Shown one piece after another: positions 16,004-35,719 of a DNA stretch of 64,000 bases. The notes beneath the pieces were generated by a model. It ran no database searches and was not told where the DNA came from. It saw only the letters and a list, made by a program, of their open reading frames with translations. The stretch is from the NCBI RefSeq assembly GCF_009914755.1, contig NC_060933.1, one strand, 5' to 3'. Position numbers and translations under genes: made by a program. Numbering within the stretch: position 1 is the first letter of the stretch; each line of letters opens with the position of its first letter. This stretch comes from the human T2T-CHM13v2.0 reference genome, Homo sapiens.

Positions 16004-18365
16004 TATTTTAACTTTTATTTTAGGTTCACGGGCACTTGTGAAGGTTTGTTATACAGGTAAATTGTGTGTAACCAGGGTTTGGTGTGAAGAATATTTTGTC
16101 ACCCAGGTAATAAGCATAATACTCTACAGGTAGTTTTCTGTTCCTCTCCCTCCTCCCAAACTCCACCCTCAAGTAGGCTCCAGTGTCTGTTGTTCCCTTC
16201 TTTGAGTCCATGTGTACTCACTGTTTAGCTCCTGCTTATAAGTGAGAACATGTGGTATTTGGTTTTCTGTTCCCGAGTTATCTCTTGTAGGATAATGACC
16301 TCCAGCTCCATCCGTGTTACTGCAAAAGACACAGTCTTGTTCTTTTTATGGTTATGTAATGTCCCATGGTGTATATGTACCACATTTTCTTCATCCAGTC
16401 TACCATTGATGGGCATTTAGGTTGATTCCATGACGTTGCTATTGTGAATAGTGCTGAGAGGAACATACACGTGCATGTGTTTTTATAGTAGAATGATTTA
16501 TGTTCCTTTGAATATATACCCAATAATAGGATTGCTGGGTCAAATGGTACTTCTGTTTTTACTTCTTTGAGAAACCACCACACCGCTTTCCGCAATGGCT
16601 TAACTAATTTACATTTCCACCAGCAGGGTGTAAGTGTTCCTTTTTTCTGCAAACTCACCTGCATATATTATTTTTTGACTTTTTAATAATAGCCATTCTG
16701 ACCGGTGTGACATGGTAATCTCATTGTGGTTTCAATTTGCATTTCTCTTATGATTAGTGATGTGCATTTTTTCATATGCTTGTTGGCAACACGTATGCCT
16801 TCTTTTGGAAAGTGTCTGTTCATGTCCCTTGCCCACTTTTTAATGTAGTTGTTTGTTGTTTGCTTGTTAATTTATTTAAGTTCCTTGTAGATTCTGGGTA
16901 TTAGCTCTTTGTCAAATACATAGTTTGCAAATATTTTCTCCCATTCTGCAGGTTGTCTGTTTACTCCGTTGACAGTTTCTTTTGCTGTATAGAAGTTCTT
17001 TAGTTTAATTAGGACCCATTTGTCAACCTTTGTTTTTGTTGCAATTGCTTTTGGCATCTTCATCATGAAATATTTTCCAGGGCCTATGTCCAGAATGGTA
17101 TATTCCCTACGTTATCTTCCAGGGTTTCTATAGTTGTAGGTTTTACATTTAAGTCTTTAATCCATCTTGAGTTGATTTTTGTATACAGCAGAAGGAAAGG
17201 GTCCAGCTTCAATCGTCTGTATATGATAAGCCAATTATCCCAGGACCATTTACTAAGTAGGGAGTCCTTTCCCCATTGCTTGTTTTTGTTGACTTTGTCA
17301 AAGATCAAATGGTTGTAGGTGGCACTATTTATGGGCTCTCTATTCTGTTCCACTCAGTTTTGTTCTTTTTCTTAGCATTACCTTGGCTATTAGAGCTCCT
17401 TTTTGTTTCCATTAAATAGATTTTTATAATTCTGTGAAGAATATCATTGGTAGTTTAATAGGAATAGCATTTAATCTGTAGATTGCTTTGGACAGTATGG
17501 CCATTTTAATAATATTGCTTATTCGTATTCATGAAAGTGGAATGCTTTTTCATTTGTTTGTGTCATCTCTGATTTCTTTAAGCAGTATTTTATACTTCTC
17601 ACAGAAATCTTTCACCTTCCTCATTAGCTATACTTCCAGGTTTTTTTTTTTCTTTTATTTGTGGCTATTGTGAATGAGATTACATTCTTGATTTGGCTCT
17701 CAGCTTGGACATTGTTGGTGTATAAAAAGGTTACTGATTTTTGTATATTGATTTTGTATCCTTGAAGCTTTGCTGAAGTTGTTTATCAGATCTGGGAGCT
17801 TTTGGGCAAAGACTATGGGGTTTTCTAGGTATAGAATGGTATTATCTACAAATAGATAAATTGGCTTTCTGTCTTCCTATTTGGATTCCTTTTCTTTCTT
17901 TCTCTTGCCTGATTGCTCTGGCTAGCACTCCCAGTAGTATGTTGAAAAAGAGTAGTGAGAGTGAACATCCATGCCTTATTCTGGTTTTCAAGGGGAATGC
18001 TTCCAGCTTTTGCCTATTCAGTATGAAGTTGGCTGTTGGTTTGTCATAGATGGCTCTTATTATTTTGAAGTGTGTTCCTTCAATGATTAGTTTGCTGAAG
18101 GTTTTAACATGAAAGAATGTTGAATTTTATCAAAAACTGTTTCTGCATCTATTGAGATGATCGTATGGTTTTTGTTTTTAGTTCTGTTTATGTGGTGAAT
18201 CACATTTATTGATTCACGTATTTTGGATCAACCTTGCATCCCAGGGATAAAGCCTACTTCATATGGTGGATTAGTTTTCTGATGTGCTGCTGGATTCAGT
18301 TTTCTTGTATTTTGTTGAAGATTTTTGCATCTATGTTCATCAAGGATATTGGCTTGAGTTTTCTT
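16004..18365 (-). mobile_element. 5'-truncated L1PA15/16-like element
   Basis: 3'UTR gtttggtgtgaagaatattttgtcacccagg; minus-strand ORFs 16317-16664, 16872-17066 and 17084-17353 are broken ORF2 C-terminal peptides. Confidence 0.9.
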
Positions 18366-18569
18366 TGTGTTTTTGTTTACTTTATGGGATATATATCAAC
18401 TTTGTCTTCCAATCCTTCTACTAAATTTTAAAAATTCACTACCACATCTTTAACTCCAAAAGTTCTTTTTTTGGTTCCCAAATGTTTCTTTCTTTATAGC
18501 CTCCTATTCTTGTTTTATTTATGTTGTATCTTTTCTTAAGCTTCTGAAGCTATTTACAATAGTCCTTTT

Positions 18570-19120
18570 TTTAAAAAAAATATTTAATTGACAAATACAA
18601 ATTATATATATTTATCATATGCAATATGTTGTTTTGAAATATGTATACATTATGGAATGGCTAAATTGAGCTAATTAACATTTGTTTCATTTAGCTTTTT
18701 TAGAAATATTTTTGCAGTTTTTTTTGGTCAATGTTGTACACTTCTTGATTAGACTTATTCCTAGATTTGACATTTTTCATACTATTATAAATTATATAAT
18801 TTAAAAATATTTATTTTCTCTCTTTATGTTGCTGGCATACAGAAGTACAATTGAAATTTGTATATTGACCTTGAATGAAGCAATCTTGCTAAATTTACTA
18901 ATCACTTAGATTTTTCTAGATTTTTTAGGTACACAATTATAGTATCTGCAAATAATAACAGATTTTTTTCTTTCTCTCCAATTTATTTATATTTGCCCTA
19001 CTCCCCCCAGTTTTACTGTCTAGGACTCCAGTATAGTGTTGAACAGAAATTGTGATAATAGGTATCCTTGTCTTTTTTCCAACTTCATAGAAAAAATTCC
19101 CAATATTTCATAAATGAGTA
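18570..19120 (-). mobile_element. L1MA 3'-end fragment followed by an older L1M fragment
   Basis: gaaatatgtatacattatggaatggctaaattgagctaattaacat (L1MA4/5-like 3' end); ORF2-like antisense motifs further on. Confidence 0.65.
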
Positions 19121-19124
19121 TTAG

Positions 19125-19300
19125 TTAGCTAGGACCACAGGTGTCCACCATCTTGCCTGGCTAATTTTTGTATTTTCTGTAGAGACAGGGTTTCACCATA
19201 TTGCCCCTACTGGTTTTGAACTCCTGAGCTCAAGTGATCCACCAGCCTCAGCTTCCCAAAGTGCTGGCTGGGATTACAGGCATGAGCCACCACTCCTAGC
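19125..19300 (-). mobile_element. Partial AluJ (left arm plus linker)
   Basis: ctcctgagctcaagtgatcc...gattacaggcatgagccacc; most of right arm missing. Confidence 0.85.
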
Positions 19301-22300
19301 TTGTAGTTAGTCTTTTGGTTAAGTTCATCTTTTTGTCTTTCTATTCAAGATATGTGTAATTATACCCCACAATTACGGTGTTATAATATTCTGTGGTTTT
19401 CTGTGTGTTCACTATTACCACTGAGTTTTCTACCTTCAGATGATTTCTTATTGCTCATTAATACCCCTTTCTTTCAGATTGAAAAACTCCCTTTAGCATT
19501 TCTTGTAGGACAGGTCTGGTGTTGGTGAAATCCCTCAGCTTTTGTTTGTCTGGGAAAGTCTTTTTTTCTCCTTCATATTTGATGGATATTTTCACTGGCT
19601 GTACTGTTCTAGGTTAAAAGTTTTTTTCCTGCAGCACTTTAAATATGTCATGCCACTCTCTCCTAGACTGTAAGGTTTCCAATAAGAAGTCTGCTGCTAG
19701 ATGCACTGGAGATGTATTGTATGTTATTTGTTTCTTTTCTCTTGCTGCTTTTAGAATCCTTCCTTTATCCTTGATGTTTGAGAGTTTGATTATGAAATGT
19801 CTTGAGGTAGTCTTGTTAAATCTGCTTGGTGCTCTATAACCTTCTTGTACTTGAATATTGATATCTTTCTCTACATTTAGGAAATTCTCTGTTTATATCC
19901 CTTTGAATAAACTTTCTGCCCTGACCTCCCTCTCTACCTTTGGTTTAGGGGCAATAGCTTTTAGATTTCCCCTTTTGGGGCTATTTTCTAGATCTTGTCA
20001 GTGTGCTTCATTGTTTCTTATTCTTGTTTATTTTTTCTCCTCTGACCATATATTTTCAAATAGCCTGTCTTCAAGTTCACTAATTCTTTCTTCTGCTTGA
20101 TCAATTCTGCTGTCAGAAGACACTGATGCATTCTTCATTATATGAATTGCATGTTAAAGTCCTGAATTTCTGCTTGATTCATTTGCATTATTTCAATCTC
20201 TTTGTCAAATTTATCTGATAGGATTCTGAATTCCATCTCTGTGTTATCTTGAATTTAATTGAGCTTCCTCAAAACAGCTATTTTGAATGATTTGTCTGAA
20301 AGGTCACGTATCTCTGTCTCCCTGGGATTGGTCCCTGGTCCCTTATTTTATGCATTTGGTGAGGTCATGTTTTCCTGTATGGGCTTGATGCTTGTGAACA
20401 TTCATCAGTGCCTGGGCATTGAAGAGTTAGGTATTTATTGTAGTCTTCACAGTCTAGGCTTGTTTGTACTCATTCTTCTTGGAAAGGTTTTCCAGGTATT
20501 TGAAGGGACTTGGGTGTTGTGATTTAATTCTTTGGTCACTGAAGCTGCATCTGCTCTTAGGGGCACCCCAAGCCCAGTAATGCTGTGGCTCTTGCAGACT
20601 CATAGAGGTACCCCCTTCTTGGTCTTGTGTAAGATCTTAGAGAATTCTCTAGATCAGAACAGAGACTCTTGTTCTCTTCCCTTACTTTCCCCCAAACAAA
20701 TGGGATCTCTCCCTCTCCCTCTCTCTCTCCCAAAGGCTCTGTAATCAGTAGGTGGCAAATCTAGCCAAACTTGTGTCCTTCCCTTCAGGGAAATGGGATC
20801 CCCTCAGCCCCAGATGGCTCTGAAGATGCCATCCAGGAGCCAGGGCCTGGAGTCAGGAACCTCAGGAATATATTTGGAGTTATATTCTAGTGTGACTCAG
20901 CTGGTTCCAAAGCCACAAATCAAAGTCCTTCTCATTCTTCCCTTCCCTTTCCTCAAGCAGAGGAGTCTCTCTCCATGACCACCACCACCATAAGCCTGTG
21001 GCAGTACTGTCTGGCTGTCACTGATGTTCACTGAAGGCCCAAAGACTCTTCCATCACCTTATAGTGAATGCTATCAGTGCCTAGCTCTCCCTTCAGGGAA
21101 GTGGGCTCCCCTCTGGCCCAGGGCAGCCCCAGAAATACCATCCAAAAGCCAAGGCCTGGAATCAGGGACCCGAGTAACCCACTTAATGTTCTACTCCATT
21201 GTGGCTGACCTGGTACCTAAGTGGCAAGAGAAAGTCTCTTTTACTCTTCCTTCTCCTTTCCTCAACCAGAAGGATTCTTGCTCTGCAGCCACCACAGCTG
21301 GGAATGTGCTGGGTTACACTTGAAGCCAGCATGGCTCTGAGGCCCAGAGTGAGTATTGCCTGGCTACTAGTACTAATTATTGAGGGCTTAAGAGCTCTTT
21401 AATTAGCAGGTGATGAATTCTTCCAGGAATGGGTCTTTCCCTTCAAGCCAGCAGGTTTCATTTTGGCCTAGGGTGTGTTTAGAAATGTTCAGGAGCTAGG
21501 ACTCAGAATGTGAGCCACAGGAGTCTTCTTTTTGTTCTATTCTACTGTGACTGTGCTGGTATCCAAGTTGCAAGAGACAATCCTTTATACTCTCCCCTCT
21601 CTCCTTTCCTCAAGCAGAAGGAAGGGGCTTCTCCTGGAGCTGCAAACTATGCTTCCTGGGGTTGGGGAAGGGGTGATATAAGCGCTCCTTTGGCTTCCCC
21701 AGCTAGTGTCTCACTAGGTCACATTCACCCCAAGTCCACGGTCTCCGAGCCCAGCACAGCAATAAGACTTGCCCAGGAATTGCAGTTCTTGTGGCCTAGA
21801 CTGCCTTTCAAGTTTATTTAGGACCCCAGAGTGCTTTAGTCCATGGTGATAGCACTTGTTGGAACTTCTGCCCTGATTGCTGGGATAGATGATTCAGCTC
21901 TGGCTAGGGCTGGTCTAAATGCTCCCTCCATGGGTACTGGGTGAGATCTGCCTTGTGTTGCTTTCTTCTGTCACAGGGCAGCACTGAGTTCCAATGCAAA
22001 GTTCCACAATCCCTGCACTTTCCCTCCCTCAAGTGCACTGATTCTCTCTCCATGCCTTGTAGCCACTGCCACAAGATGGGTGAAGGATGGTGTAGGTAAT
22101 TCAAGACTGTAGTTTCTACCCTTTTTAGTGCCTTTTTCTTTAATATTTTGCTAAAACCAGGTACTGTTGTCACTCACCTGATTTTTCATTCTTATGAAGG
22201 TATTCTTTTGTGTGGATAGTTGTTCAATTTGGTGTTCCTGTGTGTGTGTGTGTATGGGTGGGGGTTGCTGGAGGCTTTTATTTGGCCATATTGCTCTGCC

Positions 22301-22310
22301 TCCTCTATAA
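19300..22310 (-). mobile_element. L1M (L1MA/L1PB-age) ORF1 and 5'UTR region
   Basis: ccctttagcatttcttgtaggacaggtctggt...atgccactctctcct ORF1-end motifs, then GC-richer 5'UTR with internally repeated units. Confidence 0.75.
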
Positions 22311-25300
22311 ACCTCTCCTGGGCTGTATTTTTTGTTGAGTTAGAGGAATTTTTTTTATATTCTACATACATGTTCCTTGTTAGAAGTTATGTCTTGCCAG
22401 TTATTTTTTTCTTCAACTTTTATTTTAAGTTCAGGGGTACATGTGCAGGATGTGCAGGTTTGTTACATAGGTAAACCTGTGCCATAGTGGTTTGCTGCAC
22501 AGATCAACCCATCACTTAGGTATTAAGCCCAGCAACCATTAACTATACTTCCTGATGGTCTCCCTCCCCCAACCATTCCCCTCCGACAGGCCCTAGTGTG
22601 TGTTGTTCCCCCAGTGTGCCATGTGTTCTCATCATTCAGCTCCTGCTTGTGAGAACATGTGGTTTTTGGTTTTCTGTTCCTGCTTTGGTTTACTGAGGAT
22701 AATGGCTTCCCATTCCATCCATGTCCCTGTTAAAGGACATGATCTCATTCCTTTTTATGGATGCATAGTATTCCATGGTGTATATATATCACATTTTCTT
22801 TATCCAGTCTACCACTGATTGGCATTTAGGTTGATGCTGTGACTTTGTTATTGTGAATAGTGCTTTAATGAACACACATGTGCATGTATCTTCATAACAG
22901 AATGATTCATATTCCTTTGGGTATATACCCAGTAGTGGGGTTGCTGGGTCAAATGTAATTTATGCCTTTAGGTCTTTGAGGAATTGCCACACTGACTTCC
23001 ACAATCGTTGAACTAATTTACACTTCCACCAACAGTGTAAAAGCGATCCCTTTCTCTGCAACCTCACCAGCATCTGTTGTTTTTTGACCTTTTAATACTA
23101 GCCATTCTGACTGGCATGAGATGGTATCTCATTGCGGTTTTGGTTTACATTTCTCTAATAAACAGTCTTATATATGTTTATTGGCAGCATATATGTTTTA
23201 TTTTGAGGAGTGTCTGCTTATGTACTTTGCTTACTTTTTAATGGGGTTGTTTGTCTTTTTTCTTGTAAATTTGTTTAAGCTCCTTGTATATTCTGGATAT
23301 TAGATCTTTGCCAGATGAATAGATTGCATAAATTTTCTCCCATTTTGTAGGTTGTCTGTTCACTCTGATGATAGTTTCTTTTGCTGTGCAGAACCTCTTT
23401 AGTTTAATTAGAACCTATTTGTCAATTTTTGCTTTTGTTACAATTGCTTTTAGCATTTTCATCATGAAATTTTTGCACGTGCCTATGGCCTGAATGGTAT
23501 TGCCTAGATTTCCTTCTAAGGTTTTTATAGTTTTGGGTTTTACATTTAAATCTTTAATTCATCTTGAGTTATTTTTTTATATGGTGTAAGGAACGGGTCC
23601 AGTTTTAATATTTTGCATATGGCTAGCCAGTTCTCACAGCACCATTTATTATATAGGGAATCCTTTCCCCATTGTTTGTTTTTGTCAGGTTTGTTGAATA
23701 TCAGATGATTGGAGGTATGTGGTCTTATTTCTGAGTTCTCTATTCTGTTCCATTGGTCTATGTGTACAAGTACGATGTTGTTTTGCTTTCTGTAGCCTTG
23801 TAGTATAGTTTGAAATTGGGCAGTGTGATGTCTCCAGCTTTGTTCTTTTTGCTTAGGATTGTCTTGGCTATTTGGGCTCTTTTTTGGTTCCATATGAATT
23901 CTAAAATAGTTTTCTTTTTCTAATTCTGTGAAGAATTTCAATGGTAGCTAAATGGGAATAGCATTGAATATATAAATTACTTTGGGCAATATGGCCATTT
24001 TCACAATATTGGTTCTTTCTACCCATGAGCATGGAATGTTTTCCCGTTTGTTTGTGTCCTCTCTAATTTCTTTGTGTAGTCGTTGGTAGTTCTCCTGGAA
24101 GAGGCCCTTCACTTCCCTTATTACCTGTATTCAGAGGTATTTTATTCCTTTGTAGCAATTGTGAATGGGAGTTCATTCAAGATTTGGCTCTCTGATGGCC
24201 TGTTGTTGGTGTATAGGAATGCTAGCAAATTTTGCACATTGATTTTGGATCCTGAGACTGCTGAAGTTGCTTATTAACTTAAGAAGCTTTTGGGCTCAGA
24301 TGATGAGGTTTTCTAGATATAGAATCAAGTCATCTGCAAACAAAGAAAATTTGACTTCCTCTCTGCCTATTTGAATACACCTTATTTCTTTCTCTTGCCT
24401 TATTGCCCTGGCCAGAACTTCCAATACTGTGTTGAATAGGACTGGTGAGACAGGGCATTCTTGTCTTGTGCCAGTTTTCAAGGGGAATGCTTCCAGCTTT
24501 TGCCCACTGACTATGATATTGGCTGTGAGTTTGTCACGTATGACTCTTACTATTTTGAGGTATGTTCTTTCAATACCTAGTTTATTGAAAGTTTTTCACA
24601 TGAAGGGATGTTGAATGTTATCAAAGGCCTTTTCTGCATCTTTTGAGATAATCATGTGGTTTTTGTCTTTAGTTCTGTTTATGTGATGAATCACATTTAT
24701 TGGTTTGCATATGTTGAACCAACATTGCATCCCAAGATGAAACCAATTTGATCACGTTTGATAAGCTTTTGATGTGCTGCTGGATTCAGTTTGACAGTAT
24801 TTTATTGAGGATTATTACATTGATGTTCATCAAAGTTATTGGCTTGAAGTTTTCTTTTTTTGTTGTATTTCTGCCAGGTTTTGGTATAAGGACGATGCTG
24901 GCCTCATAGAATGAGTTAAGGAGGAGTTCCTCCTTTTCAATTGTTTGAAATAGTTTCAGTAGAAATGTTATCGGTTCTTCTTTGTACCTCTGGTAGAATT
25001 CAGCCAGGACCTCTGGTCCTGGGCTTTTTTTGGTTGATAGGCTATTTATTACTGCCTCTATTTCAGAACTCATTATTGGTCTATTCAGGGATTCAGTTTC
25101 TTCCTGGTTCAGCCTTGGGAGGGTGTATGGGTCCAGGAATTTATCCATTTCTTCTCAATTTTCTAGTTTATGTGCATAGAGGTGTTTATAATATTCTCTG
25201 ATGGTTGTTTGTATTTCCATGATATCAGTGGTGATATCCTTCTTATTTCTGATAGTGTTTCTTTTAATTAGTATAGCTAGTGGTCTATCTATTTTATTAA

Positions 25301-25687
25301 TTTTTTGAAAAAACAAGCTCCTGGGTTTGTTGGTTTTTTGAAGGGTTTTTCATGTCATCTCCTTCAGTTCAGCTCTGATCTTGGTAATTTCTTGTCTACT
25401 GTTAGCTGTGGGAGTTGTTTCCTCTTGGTTCTCTGGTTCTGTTAGTTGTGATGTTAAGTTGTCAACTTGAGATCTTTCTATCTTTTCGATGTGGGCATTT
25501 AGTGCTATAAATTTCCCTCTTAATGCTGCTTTAGCTGCATCCCAGGAATTCTAATATGTTATCTCTTTGTTCTCATTAGTTTCAAAGAACTTTTTGATTT
25601 CTGCCTTAATTTCATTATTTACCCAAGAACCATTCTAGAGCAGGCTGTTCAATTTCCATGTAGTTGTGTGGTTTTGAATGAATTCCT

Positions 25688-25990
25688 TTTTTTTCTTTTT
25701 TTTTTTTTGAGACAAACTCTCACTCTGTCACCCAGGCTGGAGTGCAGTGTCATGATCATAGCTCACTGTAACCTCCGCCTCCCAGGTTCAAGCAATTCTC
25801 CTGCCTCAGCTTCCTGAGTAGCTGGGACTACAGGCGTGTGCCACCGCACCCGGGTAATTTTTTGTATTTTATTAGTAGAGATGGGGTTTCACCATATTGG
25901 CCAGCTGGTCTTGAACTCCTGACCTCGTGATCTGCCTGCCTCGGCCTCCCAAAGTGCTGGGATTACAGGCATGAGCCACCGCGCCCAGCC
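25688..25990 (-). mobile_element. AluS (Sg/Sc-like) inserted in L1
   Basis: ctgacctcgtgatc diagnostic; imperfect ~17-bp TSD gttttgaatgaattcct / gttttgagtgaatttct. Confidence 0.93.
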
Positions 25991-26705
25991 AGTTTTGAGT
26001 GAATTTCTTAATCTTGAGTTCTAATTTGTTTGTGCTGTGGTCTGACAGACTGTTATGATTTCAGTTTTTTCTTTTACATTTGCTGAAAAGAGTTTTACTT
26101 CAAATTATGTAATCAATTTTAGAATAAGTGCTGCATGGCAATGAGAAGAATGTATATTCTCTGTTGTTTTGAGGTACACAGTTCTGTAGATATCTACTAG
26201 GTGCACTTGATCCAGAGCTGAATTCAGGCCCTGTATATCTTTGTTAATTTTCTGTCTTGATAGTCTAATATTGTTAATGGGGTGTTAAAGTCTCCCACTA
26301 TTATTGTGTGAGAGTCTAAGTCTCTTTATAGGTCTCTAACAACTTGCTTTATGAATATGGGTGCTCTTGTATTGGGTGCATATATATTTAGGATAGTTAG
26401 CTCTACCTGTTGAATTGAGCCCTTAATCATTATGTAATATCCTTCTTTGTCTTTTTTTTTTTTTTTAAATCTGTGTTGGTTTAAAGTCTGTTTTGTCAGA
26501 AATCAGGATTGCAACATCTGCTTTTTTCTGTTTTTCATTTGCTTGGTAAATTTTCCTCCATTCCTTTATTTTGATCCTAATGTTTGTCTTTGCATGTTAG
26601 ATGGATCTCTTGAAGGCAGCATACCAAAGGGTCTTCACTCTTTATCCAATGTTCCATTCTGTGTCTTTTATTTGGGGCATTTAGCCCATTTACATTAAAG
26701 GTTAG

Positions 26706-33187
<6,482 letters not shown>

Positions 33188-35719
33188 CAAGGTTAGTATT
33201 GTTATGTGTGAATTTGATCTGTCATCATGGTGTTAGCTGGTTATTTTGCACACTTGCTAATGTAGTTGCTTCATAGTGTCACTGATCTGTGTACTTCAGT
33301 GTGTTTTTATAGTGGCTGGTAACAGGTTTTCCTTTTCATATTTTGTGCTTCCTCCAGGAGCTTTTGCAAGGCAGGGCTGTTGGTGACAAATTCCCTCAGC
33401 ATTTGCTTGTCTGAAAAGGATCTTATTTCTTTGCTTAGGAGGCTTAGTTTGGCTAGATATAAAATTCTGAGTTGAAAATTATTTTCTTTAAGAATGTTGA
33501 ATATTGGCTCCTAATCTCTTCTGACTTGTAGGGTTTCCACTGAGATGTCTGCTGCTAGTCTGATGGACTTCCCTTGGTAGGTGATCTGGCCTTTCTCTCT
33601 GGCTGCCCTTAACATTTTTTCTTTTATTTCGACCTTGGAGAATCTGATGATTATGTGTCTTGAGTTGATTTTCTTGTGGAGTATCTTATTGGGGTTATCT
33701 GCATTTCCTGTATCTGAATGTTGGCCTGTCTTGCTAGGTTGGGGAAGTTCTCCTGGTTAATATCCTGAGGTATGTTTTCCAACTTGGTTCCATTCTCCTC
33801 ATCTCTTTCAGGTACCCCAGTCAATTGTAGGTTCATTCTCTTCACATAATCCCATATTTCTTGCAGGTTTTGTTCATTCCTTTTCATTCATTTTTCCCTA
33901 TTCTTGTCTGCCTGTCTTATTTCAGAAAGGTAGTCTTCCAGCTCTGATATTCTTTCCTATGCTTAGTCTATTCTGCTATTGATACTTGTGATTGCATTGT
34001 ACTCATGTTGTGTTTTTCAGCTCCATCAAGTTGGTTACATTCCTCTCTAAACTGGCTGTTCTGGCTATTTGTTCATGTATTGTTTTCTGTGATTTTTGGC
34101 TTCTTTGCATTGGGTTAGAACATGCTCCTTTAGCTCTCAGCGAAGTTCATTATTACTCACCTTCTGAGGCTTACTTCTGTCAATAAGTCATCTCGGCCTC
34201 AGCCCAGTTCTGCGCCCTTGTTGGAAAGGTGTTGTGGTCATTTAGAGGAGAAGAGGAGCTCTGGTTTTTTGAGTTTTCAGCATTTTTTTGGTTGATTCTT
34301 TCTCATGTTTGTGGGCTTATCTACTTTTGATATTTGAGGTTGCTGACCTTTGAATGGGATTTTGTGGGATCTTTCTTTGTGGATATTGCTGGGATTTTGT
34401 TTGTTTTTCTTTTAATAGTCAGGCCACTCTTCCGCAGGGCTGCTGTGGTTTGCTGGCGGTCTGCTCCAGACCCTAGTTGCCTTGGTTTTCCCCATACCTG
34501 GAGGTATCACCAGTGAAGGCTATGAAACAGCAAAGATGGCAGCCTGCTCCTTCCTCTGGAAGCTCCATCCTGGGAGGGTGCTGACCTATTGCTGGTTTGA
34601 GCATGCCCGTAGTAGGTGGCTGGAGACACCTATTGGGAGGTCTCACCCAGTCAGGAGGAACAGGATCAGGAACATGCTTAAAGAATCAGTCTGGCTGCTT
34701 TTTGGTAGAGCAGGTGTGCTGCACTGAGGGGGACCCTTACTCATCCAGACCATTTGGGTTCTCCACAGCTAGCAGGCTGGAACTGCTGAGTCTACCAAAC
34801 TACAGAGATGGCAGCCACCCCTTACCCCATGAGCTCCATCCCAAGGAGAAATCAGAGCTGTCTGTATAACCCTGGCTGAAGTGGCTGAAGCCCTTGCAGG
34901 GAGGTCCCTCCAAGTAAGGAGGAATGGATCGGGGCCCTGCTTAAAGAAACAGTCTGGCTAACAGCTGACAAGGCAATTGTGCTGTGTTGTGGGGGACCCT
35001 TCCTCGTCTGGACAGCTAGGATTCTCCAGTGCTGGCAGGCTGAAATGGCTGAGTCTACTGACCTACAGAGATGGCAGTCACCCCTCCCCTGGGAACTTGG
35101 TCCTGCGTCAGTCAGACTCCAGCCTGTGCCACTGGCTGGCTGGAATTCCAAGCCAGTGGGTCTTAATTTGTGAGGTGCTGTGAAAGTGGGACCCACAGAA
35201 CAATGCTGATTGGCTCCCTAGATTCAGCCCTCTTCCTAGGGATATGAACAGACAGATCTCCCACCTTGCTGGGGATCCTGGGGCTGAAATATGTAAAATT
35301 CCTGGGTCTCTCTGTGTGCCTGAGCAGCTGCTCTGCCTAGACTCCACACAGCTCTGTTTATCAGACCCAAGGCCCTGAGGGCATGGGCTCGTGAGGGGAT
35401 TTCCTGATCCACAGGTTGCAAGGATCCACGGGAGAAGCATGATTTCCTGGGCAGGGTCATACAATCACTTACTGCTTCATACAGTCACTACCTGGCTGGG
35501 GTGGGGGTTCCTTTGCCTCTGTGCTGCTCCCAAGTAGGCTATCTGTTGCCCCACCCTGCTTTTCTTCGTTCTTCGTGGGTTGTTTGCCTAGTCAGTCCCA
35601 GTGCAAGAACCTGGATATTTCAGTTGAAGGTGCTGACTGAATTCACTTGCTCCTTTCATTCCTCTCTGTAAGTGCCTTGGACCGCAGTTGCATCTAATCG
35701 GCCGTCTTGGCCCTGACCC

